Assembly: GCA_021498095.1 (NCBI GenBank)
Contig: JAIZWK010000001.1
Span: forward strand, 2,460,001 to 2,492,000
DNA: 32,000 nucleotides
DNA from: Candidatus Harpocratesius repetitus
GTDB lineage: Archaea; Asgardarchaeota; Lokiarchaeia; Sigyniarchaeales; Promethearchaeaceae
Direction: 5' to 3'
The notes under the pieces were generated by a model that did no database searches, was not told where the DNA came from, and saw only the letters and a program-made list of their open reading frames with translations. The position numbers and the translations under genes were made by a program. Shown here piece by piece: positions 7,889 to 17,569 of this stretch. The first letter of the stretch is position 1, and every line of letters begins with the position of its first letter.

Positions 7889-9166
7889 ATGGGAGGTATT
7901 TTGAGAATTATTAAATGGATTGATCGATATAAGATCTATCGTTTAGGAAAATTTCGTTCAATGTCAGCTTTGAATGCATGGGGACATCTACTAGGAAAAC
8001 TTGTTTTTGGTAGTTCATCCAAAATCCAGAGAAGGGTTAAGGTAAGCTTACGAGCACTGTATCCAAATGCAAGTCCAAAAGCAATTCACACTATGTTCAA
8101 TACTCATGTGAAATACATGGGTATGTTATTAATGGATATTATTTTTAGACTTCCTTTTCTTTGTGATTATCCTCCAGGCGAGCAAGTTAAGGAATTAAAT
8201 TATATCAATTTTGAAAGATTGGAAAAGGTACTTGAGAAAGGAAAGGGTGCAATTGTCCTTATCTTACATCTCGGAGAACACTTTCATAATCCTCTTGGTG
8301 TTTTTATTCACCCTAAAAAATATAACATGTCTGTTGTCGCCAGTATTAAAAACCTTCCGATGTATGAATTTAATAATCGCCCTCATTTTGATAATCTATA
8401 TATTTACGCTAGTACAAAATTTGCAAAAATATCTAAGATACTTCAGAAAAACTTGACAAATAACCATGCTTTAGTCATGTATCATGATTATTCATCCAAA
8501 ACTCAGTTGAAAGTTCCATTTATTGCAGGCAAATTACCTTTTCTGATTAACACACCACAAAGTTACATTAGGCTCCATCGACTTACAGGAGCAGAAATTC
8601 TTCCATTGATTACAGTTCCTGAAGGTGTGTTTGGAAAATCGAAACTTTTCTTTTTAGATAATACAAGTATAAAAAAAGTATCTGAAAAATATTGGAATGC
8701 TCCATCAGAAGAATTTCATGGCAGGATGTCTACAGAGATAAATCGAATAATGTATCCATGGGTTCGAAAATATGCACCTTGGTGGGAAGAACTCATGCGT
8801 CTGGCTGGAATGAGAAGTAAAGATGAATTAAAGATACCTGCAAACATAACTTTAGAAGAATTCTTAACAACAATAAAAGGCAAAATGCAATCTGTTATCT
8901 CAGGTAGTTGGGAGCCAGATAGACAAGATGAGCAGATCCTTCAAAAGATTGAAAATGCGTTTCAAAGTGCATTTGAGAAAATAAAATCACCAAAATCTAT
9001 ATTCCGACCACATAAATCGGTTATTCGCTTATCTCTCATGACTGGAATGGAAGAATTACAAAAAATGGCAAAAATTGTTCAGCAAGAATGTCGAAAAAAA
9101 GGAGAATTAGAATTGGAATCTATTTTTGCCAAATTATCTGAAGAATTTAAAGCTTTAACCCCATAA
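7889..9166 (+). CDS. Lysophospholipid/lipid A lauroyl (LpxL/HtrB-like) acyltransferase family protein
   Basis: NFERLEKVLEKGKGAIVLILHLG..., ALVMYHD, VPF, RLTGAEILP, APWW follow the LpxL-family layout. ATG 7889 has a GGGGTGA SD. The ORF-track start at 7757 lies in the duplicated spacer, where the left copy has ATA instead of ATG. Confidence 0.75.
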   Translation: MGGILRIIKWIDRYKIYRLGKFRSMSALNAWGHLLGKLVFGSSSKIQRRVKVSLRALYPNASPKAIHTMFNTHVKYMGMLLMDIIFRLPFLCDYPPGEQVKELNYINFERLEKVLEKGKGAIVLILHLGEHFHNPLGVFIHPKKYNMSVVASIKNLPMYEFNNRPHFDNLYIYASTKFAKISKILQKNLTNNHALVMYHDYSSKTQLKVPFIAGKLPFLINTPQSYIRLHRLTGAEILPLITVPEGVFGKSKLFFLDNTSIKKVSEKYWNAPSEEFHGRMSTEINRIMYPWVRKYAPWWEELMRLAGMRSKDELKIPANITLEEFLTTIKGKMQSVISGSWEPDRQDEQILQKIENAFQSAFEKIKSPKSIFRPHKSVIRLSLMTGMEELQKMAKIVQQECRKKGELELESIFAKLSEEFKALTP

Positions 9167-9217
9167 AGAATGAAAGTCTGTTTTTCATGTTTATATAATG
9201 ATGCTTGCAGGCTCATT

Positions 9218-10126
9218 TTATTTCTTTTTTGATTTATCTGATTTTTTAACTTTTTCTGCTTTTAGATGTAGGGCGTTAATTTGCTCTTCAGATAGATCTA
9301 AAGGTTTTTCTAATTTTTCAGGATGTTCTATAAAATCCTGCAAAATATCTAATGTCCTACCCCAATAAATACCGTCAGCAATTCGCTCATCCAAATTGAA
9401 ATTCAAATCCATAACTCTATGCACTTGCACCTCACCTGTTTCTTGATTCACTACAGTATCTTTATGAATTTTTCCAATCACTGCAAAAATGGAAGTTGTA
9501 CCCATCTCAAAGAGGTGATGAAAAACTGCATGCATGTTTAAGGACCCTAAATGAGCTAAATATACAGTAGAATACATGGGCAAATCTTTTGTTATTGAAT
9601 GAACAGGATGATTCATTTTATCCAGTTTCCAAATTACTTTAATGAGCAATTTTATAAACCAACGAGGCATTGCTCCAAAGAATCTCACATCTTCAGCATT
9701 GGGATTATCACCCTCCCGAGCTTTATAAATTTCTTTAGTTAAGCGGTCGTGAACTGAAAATAAAGTGTCATTTGGTTTGAAATAAATTGTTGCATTAACT
9801 TCTTCACCGTCATCTGATTTTTCCCGTTTAACAACGAATGAGATTTTCATTTCATTTCGTTGCCATAATCTTCTACCAGAAACAAATCTATTCGCCCTTG
9901 GACGTAAACAAAGTGTTTGAGCCATCGATGAGAGCACCACATCAAAAAGTGTAATTTTATCTGCTCTGTTGGAATTGATACTATCCAAATATGCCAATGT
10001 GTGTTCGAGATCAATTTTCATTGGAAATAAAGCAAAAGAATCGTTTCTTCGGTGCATAATATGAAAAGCAAGTTCTTGATACTTACTTATCCCTTTCACT
10101 AGGGTAGCGTCTGGTCTTCGTGGCAT
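9218..10126 (-). CDS. 2-oxoacid dehydrogenase E2-like acyltransferase, catalytic domain only
   Basis: AQTL...PRANRFV, LGSL, IFAVIGKI and DERIADG (canonical DHRxxDG). No lipoyl or E1/E3-binding domain. Confidence 0.8.
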   Translation of the reverse strand: MPRRPDATLVKGISKYQELAFHIMHRRNDSFALFPMKIDLEHTLAYLDSINSNRADKITLFDVVLSSMAQTLCLRPRANRFVSGRRLWQRNEMKISFVVKREKSDDGEEVNATIYFKPNDTLFSVHDRLTKEIYKAREGDNPNAEDVRFFGAMPRWFIKLLIKVIWKLDKMNHPVHSITKDLPMYSTVYLAHLGSLNMHAVFHHLFEMGTTSIFAVIGKIHKDTVVNQETGEVQVHRVMDLNFNLDERIADGIYWGRTLDILQDFIEHPEKLEKPLDLSEEQINALHLKAEKVKKSDKSKKK

Positions 10127-10199
10127 GATTATATTTTGTGCAAAGACTTTATCAAAGTATTGCTTTTTTATTGCTTTTTTATTGCATTTTTATTATTTT

Positions 10200-12422
10200 T
10201 TATTGCTTATTTAATTGGTTTAAAGACTTTTGCCATGTTTGAATTCGATCAATTAATGATTGTGGAGAAAATGGTTTGAATAAAACGCCTAAATCATAAT
10301 TATCCATAGGAGGAATTTCTTTTTCTGAATATCCTGTAATAAAAAGAACTGCTTGAGTTGGTGTTATTTCTTTAATTCTATGATAAACATCCACTCCATT
10401 CATACTTGGAAGATTAATATCTAAAATTATTAGAGAAAATTGAGATTTAAAGGTTCTATAAATTTGTAATCCTTTTAATCCATCGTCTGACTCATAGAAA
10501 GCGGCTTTAGATTGCAAAAGGAACTTTTTTATAGTCTCTCGGATATCTCTTTCATCTTCTATTATTAAAATAGTTAAATTCGAAAAATCAGGTATTTTTT
10601 TAATTAATTGTTCAGAAGATTTATGTTTTGACTCAATATTAGTTAAACTTGAATTTGCGATGAGTGGAAATGAAAGATTGAAGGTAGTTCCTTTCGTTTG
10701 CTCGCTTTTAAAGTCAATATTTCCTCCCATTGTTGAAACAAAATTATGAACAATGGTAAGACCTAAGCCAGTTCCTTTTTTTCCCTTTTTCTTTGTTGTA
10801 AAGAAAGGATCATATATTTTATCTTGAATTTCTAAAGGGATTCCTTTTCCAGTATCAGATATTGATATTTGAAAATCATACATTTTATCGAATTTCAATT
10901 CAATTTTATTCTGAAGTTGGATTTTTTTGATCATTTCTGAAAGAATTTCTCCTGAAAGAAACTTCGGAATTGGTGTTGTTGAAATTGTTATTGAACCTTC
11001 ACCAGAAATCGAATCCCGAGCATTAATAAGTAGATTTATAAAAATTTGACTAAAATAACTAGGATCCCCAACTAAGAATACCTGTTCAAGATAAAAATGA
11101 GTAACAAGGGTTATTCTTTTATCAATAATATTAGAAAATGAAATATAGACTTCTTTTAAGATAGCATGAATATCTACAATCTGAAATTCTACATCTTTTG
11201 AATGAGAAAAACTTAGAATTTGTTTATTTATTAATTTTGAGCGGGAAATTATTTCATTAATGTGGGCGATGTATTCTTTTGATTCTTTTAGTAGATTTTC
11301 TGGAAAATTATTTACTTCACCACTATTATTTAATTTTGTTGAATGTGTGTTTTGATTTGTTTCTTTTTGTAAATAACTTTCCATCTCATCCAAGTCTAAT
11401 TCAATAAGTGATGTATATCCTTGGATTCCACTAAGTAAATTATTAAAATCATGGGCAATTCCGCCAGCTAATGTTCCAAGTGAATTTAATTTTTGCTTTA
11501 CACTCAAATCTTCCATTAATCTCTGCTTTTCTTCTGCATTTTTCCGAATTATATTGATTTTATCTTTTAAGCTTTTCATTAATATTCCGATAATTAAAGC
11601 AAGTAAAAGACCAACAACCATAATCTGAAAATTATAAAAATATGAAACTTGCCGTAAAAATTCTTGATTAGGTCGAAGTAAAATTTGAATAGGAATATTG
11701 TATAAGTTAAATTCCTTAACAACAACAAAATCATCATCTTTTGTAAAATTTTCATTATAATGATATAGTTCAGTTCCTTCACTTGAAATATACATAGAAT
11801 AATCTTGAATTCCAGGAATACTTTCATTACTTTCGATTAATTGGTGAAATAATATTGTAAAATCAAATACACCATTGAAAAAACCAGTTATATTTCCATT
11901 ATAAATCAAAGGAAAATATGTCACAAATCCAAATCCTCCCTGGAAAAACTGGACTAAACCTGAAATTCCAAAATTACCTGAAGATTCTGCATAAGCAAAA
12001 GCTTCATTATAATCCCCACTAACCAAATATCGAATATTTTTATTTAAAGCACCTTCATTTGGTTCAAATGGATATATCCATCGAATTGTGCCATTCCAAT
12101 CTATCCAGTTTATTGCTAAAAAACCTGAATGTAATTCATAAAATGATGGTACATATTTAAGATATCTATTGTAATCATAAAGAGAAGATTCATTTTCCGT
12201 ATTTAACCATAATTGAGTCAAAAGATGTAAAGATTGAATTCTTGCATCCATTTCAGAAAGAATGCTATCAGTAAGATCATCAGAAACTTTTATTGATTGA
12301 GAAATTTGATTTTGCTGGCGTTGAGAAATATCATTAATCCAAAGTGAAGTGTCAAATATTATTATCAGCAAGACTACTATTGATATATTATGCTTTTCAT
12401 AGAAACGCCTAAAATTTAGCAA
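10200..12422 (-). CDS. Membrane-bound hybrid sensor histidine kinase/response regulator
   Basis: Two TM segments flank an extracellular CHASE/Cache-like region. H-box LAGGIAHDFNNLL, N-box NLLINARD, G1 DTGKGI, F-box FDPFFTTK-like YDPFFTTK, G2 GTGLGL, and C-terminal REC (IEDE, LDINLP, FITGY, KPF). Confidence 0.92.
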   Translation of the reverse strand: MLNFRRFYEKHNISIVVLLIIIFDTSLWINDISQRQQNQISQSIKVSDDLTDSILSEMDARIQSLHLLTQLWLNTENESSLYDYNRYLKYVPSFYELHSGFLAINWIDWNGTIRWIYPFEPNEGALNKNIRYLVSGDYNEAFAYAESSGNFGISGLVQFFQGGFGFVTYFPLIYNGNITGFFNGVFDFTILFHQLIESNESIPGIQDYSMYISSEGTELYHYNENFTKDDDFVVVKEFNLYNIPIQILLRPNQEFLRQVSYFYNFQIMVVGLLLALIIGILMKSLKDKINIIRKNAEEKQRLMEDLSVKQKLNSLGTLAGGIAHDFNNLLSGIQGYTSLIELDLDEMESYLQKETNQNTHSTKLNNSGEVNNFPENLLKESKEYIAHINEIISRSKLINKQILSFSHSKDVEFQIVDIHAILKEVYISFSNIIDKRITLVTHFYLEQVFLVGDPSYFSQIFINLLINARDSISGEGSITISTTPIPKFLSGEILSEMIKKIQLQNKIELKFDKMYDFQISISDTGKGIPLEIQDKIYDPFFTTKKKGKKGTGLGLTIVHNFVSTMGGNIDFKSEQTKGTTFNLSFPLIANSSLTNIESKHKSSEQLIKKIPDFSNLTILIIEDERDIRETIKKFLLQSKAAFYESDDGLKGLQIYRTFKSQFSLIILDINLPSMNGVDVYHRIKEITPTQAVLFITGYSEKEIPPMDNYDLGVLFKPFSPQSLIDRIQTWQKSLNQLNKQ

Positions 12423-12620
12423 AATTATTCCCCAATGGGTATGCAGATATGATAATATTTATTTATGTTTTTTATAAATAATGTTAGAATAATTCTAATT
12501 ATAAAAAATCTCATTGATAGCAACTGTTTCAATCATATTATCGATTTTCTAGATTGAATAGAAAACAATTATTTAATGCATTTTTATTTTAATATTTGAA
12601 TGAGATTCATGATATTCAAC

Positions 12621-12695
12621 TTAAAAATTAAAAAACTTATCAACAGCAAAAAAATTTTTGATCATAGTTGATTCGTAAAAAAAAATCATATCCAT
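12621..12695 (+). repeat. Left arm of an inverted repeat around the patatin fragment
   Basis: Core 12630-12664 AAAAAACTTATCAACAGCAAAAAAATTTTTGATCA is 34/35 identical to the reverse complement of 13412-13446, with weaker similarity ~10 bp outward and ~30 bp inward. Confidence 0.8.
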
Positions 12696-12827
12696 ATATA
12701 TTGATTTATTTTGATAAATTATGGATTGATCAACACTAAAGTGATTTAATTAAATAAAGAAAAAGTCAAAATAATTATTTTGCTTTTCACCCCAACCTCG
12801 AAGGTGTGAAAGAATTATCAAAAATTT

Positions 12828-13319
12828 GATATAAATTCAGGAGAAGAGGTTATTTTATCTGATGGATCAGTAATCTCAGCGTTAATGGTTAGTGCAGCGA
12901 TTCCTATGATTTTCCCACCTGTTGTAATTGGTCATCACGAATTAATCGATGGTGGTGTCGTGAACAATACTCCTATTTCAACAGCTGTAAAGCTTGGAGC
13001 AACACACATTATTGTATTGCCAACAGGATATACATGTGACCGTAAAACAACTCCAAAATCGATAATTGAAATGATTTTAACTACATTTTCATATATGATG
13101 CATCAAAAATTAGGTACTGACTTAGAATTATATAAAGAACAAGTTCAAATCCACCTTATTCCACCACTATGTCCACTTTCAATATCAGCACATGATTTTT
13201 CCCACTCCAAAAATCTAATTGATGAAGTATATCATAAAACAAATATTTGGATCCAATCTGGAGGATTTCAGAAAATACGACCTCCTAACATTATTAGAAT
13301 TCATACTCATCTTTCATGA
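12828..13319 (+). pseudogene. Patatin-like phospholipase, C-terminal half only
   Basis: DINSGEEVILSDGS...SAAIPMIFPPV...LIDGGVVNNTP is present. The glycine-rich loop and GxSxG nucleophile are absent, and there is an in-frame TGA at 12807-09. Confidence 0.8.
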
Positions 13320-13380
13320 ATTTAATTTTTCTTTTTGTAAGAATGCTCAAAATGATGTATATTGAAATGAAATCCTTTTA

Positions 13381-13458
13381 ATGATAATGATAATTTTTTA
13401 CTGATCAAAACTGATCAAAAAATTTTTTGCTGTTGATAAGTTTTTTTCATATTTTTAA
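13381..13458 (-). repeat. Right arm of the inverted repeat, abutting the serine hydrolase stop codon
   Basis: See left arm. It includes a 10-bp tandem duplication CTGATCAAAA x2 (13401-13420). Confidence 0.8.
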
Positions 13459-14855
13459 TGCTTATGCAATAAATATTTGTCTATATTCACCTTTACTTGC
13501 AAATTGGAAGGATCTATGAAAAATTTTATCTTAATGTTCAGTTTTGGCCATCCTAAAGGAGAATAAAATTCTAATTTTTCTAAATTTGAAGGAATACAAA
13601 TAAAATCTACTGGTTTCAAGAATGATGGATCATTTATTGTAAATTTTAGAAACCCATTTTTTACTGTTAAATGACCTGTTACCACATCTCCATAAGATCC
13701 ATAATTTCCTTCTAAAATTTCAAGTTTTTGTGTAATCATTAATTCTGGGATTGCATCATAGATTTCCTTATCTAAAATAATTGCTAAAATGATGCGAGAG
13801 AGATTTTGAGCAATTGCACCCATATTTGAATTAATTGCAATCGAAATTCCGATTTTTAATTCTGGAATAAGTGCAGTATAATTTGAAAAATTTAATCCAT
13901 TTCCCTCAATATGAACAAGTTTGTTATTGAAAAAATTATCTTCAATGAACCATCCATATCCAAAACTTGCATTATTTGGTGAGTAGATTGAATTTTCTTC
14001 AAGATCAATATGTTTGGTCCAAATTTTTCTAATTGATTCTTTAGAGATTATTTTTTTACCATCATATATTCCATTATTTAACAAACATTCAAGATAGGCT
14101 TTCATCTCATTTATAGAACTAAATAGTCCTCTATTTGCATATTCAATTTCATAATCAAGCGTTTCAAAATGCTGTAAACTTTTATTTTCTTGATTATGAA
14201 TATATCCTTTAGCAAAATTTCCATCTTTATGGACATTATCTAAATGATAAGTAGATCTTTTCATTTGCAAAGGAGAAAGTATATTTTTTTTAATATAATC
14301 CGCATATTTATCTCCAGTTACTTTTTCAATAAGCGCAGCAAGAACAGAAAACATTGTGTCATTATAGAGAAATTTCTGCTCAGGGGGACATATAATTTGA
14401 GATTTTGCATGATTTAGGTATTGAAAAAAACTTGTCCAATCAGCAATAGGTAAAAATCTTTGATCCTTTTTCTTTAATCCCGCTGAAATTATTGCTCCAA
14501 AATTTAAATCTGCAATACCAGAAGAATTTGATAAAAGATGATGAATTTTTATTGGATGATCTGGCATTTCTACCATGAAATCTAAATATTTAGAAATGTT
14601 ATCATTTAGTGAGATTTTCTTTTTCTCTACTAATTGCATTATTGCTAAAACACAGAAGGTTTTGGAAACACTAATCATTTTTAATAAAGTATCGTTAGTC
14701 ATAGGCAGTATTTTTTCGAAATCTCTAATTCCAAATGAGTTAGTATAAAATTCTTGCCCATTATTAAATATTGTAATACTCAATCCTGGAATATTCGCAC
14801 CAATCATCATATCATTAATAACATATTCGATTTTTTCCAAGTAATCATTTTTCAT
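13455..14855 (-). CDS. Serine hydrolase, beta-lactamase/D-aminopeptidase (class C-like) family
   Basis: IPGLSITI, SxxK (SVSK), IHHLLSNSSG, YND variant of the YxN motif, IEKVTG, GYGW. The third motif is degenerate (HIEG). ATG 14855 is preferred to 14918. Confidence 0.88.
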   Translation of the reverse strand: MKNDYLEKIEYVINDMMIGANIPGLSITIFNNGQEFYTNSFGIRDFEKILPMTNDTLLKMISVSKTFCVLAIMQLVEKKKISLNDNISKYLDFMVEMPDHPIKIHHLLSNSSGIADLNFGAIISAGLKKKDQRFLPIADWTSFFQYLNHAKSQIICPPEQKFLYNDTMFSVLAALIEKVTGDKYADYIKKNILSPLQMKRSTYHLDNVHKDGNFAKGYIHNQENKSLQHFETLDYEIEYANRGLFSSINEMKAYLECLLNNGIYDGKKIISKESIRKIWTKHIDLEENSIYSPNNASFGYGWFIEDNFFNNKLVHIEGNGLNFSNYTALIPELKIGISIAINSNMGAIAQNLSRIILAIILDKEIYDAIPELMITQKLEILEGNYGSYGDVVTGHLTVKNGFLKFTINDPSFLKPVDFICIPSNLEKLEFYSPLGWPKLNIKIKFFIDPSNLQVKVNIDKYLLHKH

Positions 14856-14925
14856 TATAGAACCATCCTTATAAAAAAAATAAAAGAAATTTACTTGATA
14901 ATTTGAATTATAGATCATTTATATT

Positions 14926-16038
14926 TTAAGAAATAGAAAATTTCGTCCATTTATCAAGATATTCTTCTTTTACATCTGCGCCTAAACCTGGTTTTTCATT
15001 TACATTAATTAAACTCATGTTTTCTTTGCCGAATTCTATTCCACCAATAATCGGATCTTCAGCAATCATGAAAGCAGAATCAAGATCTAAAAAGAAAATA
15101 TTAGGTCGTGCAATTGCTAAATGCGCTGCTGCAGTTAAACCTAATCGACTTTCCGAAAAACATCCAATCATGCATTTTGCTCCATATGATTCTGCGATAG
15201 CATTAATTTTTAATCCTGTATGAATGCCTCCAGATTTACCTAATTTAATATTTAAATAATCTGCTGCACCAAGTTTACAAATTTTAAAGGCATCTATTTC
15301 ATTAAATACAGATTCATCTGCACAAACTGGAGTATTTATCTTTGAGCGTAAACGTGCCATATCTTCCAAATTCCATATGGGAAGTGGTTGTTCTATATAT
15401 AATAAGTTTAAATTCTCCATCAACCGTGCATTTTTTAATGATTCTGCTAAATCCCATCCTTGATTTGAATCAATTTTAAGTTCAATTTCATCTCCAATAA
15501 CCTCTCGTACACCTTTTACATGTTTATAATCAGTTAAACCAGGTCTTCCAGTTTTCATTTTGATTTCATTAAATCCTTGCTCTATGAATTTTCTTGCTTT
15601 ATTTTGCACATCTTCAACACTTTTTTCATGTCCCATTGTTTGATCTGTGCGTAGTTGATGGTTTTTTCCTCCAAGCAATTTATATATTGGTTGATTAGAT
15701 TCTTTTCCTAATAAATCCCACATTGCCATGTCAAAAGCAGAATGAATTGATGTATGAGAAGGAAGAGACCTTTTCAGTAGGCTAAGATTTTCTTCTATTG
15801 CTGTAGGATCTTTTCCTATTAATAATTTCCCAAGGAATTTTGCAGCTTCAATGCAAGTATTTTGTGTTTCTGCTGTAATGAATGAAAAGGGACTTGCTTC
15901 CCCCCATCCAATTAAATTCTCATCCGTATTTATTTTAATTAATACATTTTCTGCTGATGGTATTGAACCAATAGAAGTTGCAAAAACACTAGATAATTTC
16001 ATATTCATTTTATAAATATCAATACTGGTAATTCTCAT
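14926..16038 (-). CDS. Dipeptide epimerase (L-Ala-D/L-Glu epimerase type, YkfB/YcjG-like, enolase superfamily)
   Basis: GWGEASP, KxK (IKMK), metal ligands DSNQ / EQP / DES, KLGKSGG, C-terminal DLD motif characteristic of dipeptide epimerases. Confidence 0.9.
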   Translation of the reverse strand: MRITSIDIYKMNMKLSSVFATSIGSIPSAENVLIKINTDENLIGWGEASPFSFITAETQNTCIEAAKFLGKLLIGKDPTAIEENLSLLKRSLPSHTSIHSAFDMAMWDLLGKESNQPIYKLLGGKNHQLRTDQTMGHEKSVEDVQNKARKFIEQGFNEIKMKTGRPGLTDYKHVKGVREVIGDEIELKIDSNQGWDLAESLKNARLMENLNLLYIEQPLPIWNLEDMARLRSKINTPVCADESVFNEIDAFKICKLGAADYLNIKLGKSGGIHTGLKINAIAESYGAKCMIGCFSESRLGLTAAAHLAIARPNIFFLDLDSAFMIAEDPIIGGIEFGKENMSLINVNEKPGLGADVKEEYLDKWTKFSIS

Positions 16039-16093
16039 GTTATCACGCTTGTTAATTGTTTTTTGTTAATAATTGTAAATAAGCTCTCAAAAA

Positions 16094-17209
16094 TTATATT
16101 TTCCACATCCCTTCGTGATATATAAGTTGATCATCAACATATATTTTTGATGATGAAGTACTCATATCTTTCAAAATGTCCCAATGGATTGCAGAAATTG
16201 CTTGGCTACCTGTTTCTTTTATGCCATTTCCTAAAGCAAGATGAATTGTTCCACCAATTTTCTCATCAAAAAGCATACTTTTAGTAAAATTTTTTATAGT
16301 ATAATTTGTACCTATTGCAAATTCCCCAATATAATCGGCTCCCTCAATTTTTAATAAAGAATGAAGCAGATTTTCACCTTTAGAGGCACTTGCTTCTATC
16401 ACTCTTCCTTCCTTAAATTTTAAAGAAATATCTTCTATTTCCTGTCCTTGAAATATTCCTGGGAAAGTAAAGCGAATTTGGCCATTAAGTGAATTTTCTA
16501 CAGGACCTGTGAAAACTTCACCATCTGGAAGATTATGATGGCCTGCTGCATTTATCCATTTTCGACCCTTCACTGAAAAGGTCAAATCAGTATCTTCTCC
16601 TATTACATGAACTATTTTTCGATTATTATTCAAAAAATCCACATATCTTTGTTGTATTTCTTCCACTTCTTTCCATGATTTTGTTGGATTTGGTTCATTA
16701 AGTTTAATTGCACTTGCCACAAAATTAATATAACTATAAAGATCCATCCCAGCTTCTTGAGCTAATGAATTACATGGATAGGGAATAGCACTCCACTTAA
16801 ATTTTCCTTCATCACAACGCATTTCGCGCAATTTCCTTCGAATTGCTCTTTCTGGACTAGATTCATATAATGAAAGCTTTTTAGAATTAAAATTTTGGAA
16901 TTTTTTTGTATTATACTCAGAAAAAATATAGATCCTTCCATCAAAAGAATTAATCAGAGTATTTTCAACAGGAGAAACAAATTGAATTTGATCATCTGAA
17001 CCATAATGAAACAATAATTCTTCTAAACCAGATAATGAGAGATGGACGTAAGGATATGCTCCTTTCTTTAAGATTTCAACATATAAAGCTCGCATTAAAT
17101 CAGCAGCAATTTCAGAACCACTAATAAAAATTTTTTCTTTTGGTTGAACGTAAAGAGCATGTTCTACCGTTAGTTTTGCTAAACGTTCATAAAATTCACC
17201 CATATTCAT
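16094..17209 (-). CDS. Aminopeptidase, peptidase family M29 (AmpS/PepS-like)
   Basis: NLPDGEVF, IGEFAIGTN, LFDEKIGGTIHLALG, SAIHWD. Confidence 0.93.
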   Translation of the reverse strand: MNMGEFYERLAKLTVEHALYVQPKEKIFISGSEIAADLMRALYVEILKKGAYPYVHLSLSGLEELLFHYGSDDQIQFVSPVENTLINSFDGRIYIFSEYNTKKFQNFNSKKLSLYESSPERAIRRKLREMRCDEGKFKWSAIPYPCNSLAQEAGMDLYSYINFVASAIKLNEPNPTKSWKEVEEIQQRYVDFLNNNRKIVHVIGEDTDLTFSVKGRKWINAAGHHNLPDGEVFTGPVENSLNGQIRFTFPGIFQGQEIEDISLKFKEGRVIEASASKGENLLHSLLKIEGADYIGEFAIGTNYTIKNFTKSMLFDEKIGGTIHLALGNGIKETGSQAISAIHWDILKDMSTSSSKIYVDDQLIYHEGMWKI

Positions 17210-17337
17210 AATAATTATGAAAAATTTCCTTCAAATTAAAAGATTGTCTCAAGATTTAGAGAAAAATGGACCTACTAATAACTATTTCAAATATAAATAA
17301 TTGAAATATAATGGGTAAATCACATTCATTTATATTT

Positions 17338-17452
17338 CTACGAGAATATTTCTCCAGTAACTTTTTCTACCAATATTTTTTGTTAATCCAAATCTAACCT
17401 ATGATATTAAGATGAAATACTGAAATAATTTAAATGTTGGCATGGTTAGGGA
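17338..17452 (-). pseudogene. Possible short remnant of a third beta-lactamase-family hydrolase
   Basis: Minus-strand ILVEKVTGEIFS* and upstream FPNHA echo LIEKVTGDKYA and YLNHA in the 13455-14855 protein. There is a short DNA match to ~14305-14330. Confidence 0.35.
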
Positions 17453-17569
17453 ATTCATCTTCTTTATTCTCCAAAATTCATTTTTTTTTTGAAAAAATAA
17501 ATTAAAAAAATTTATACTCACAAATAAATAACTTTAATTTAATAATACAAGAGAGGAAAAGCTTAATCA

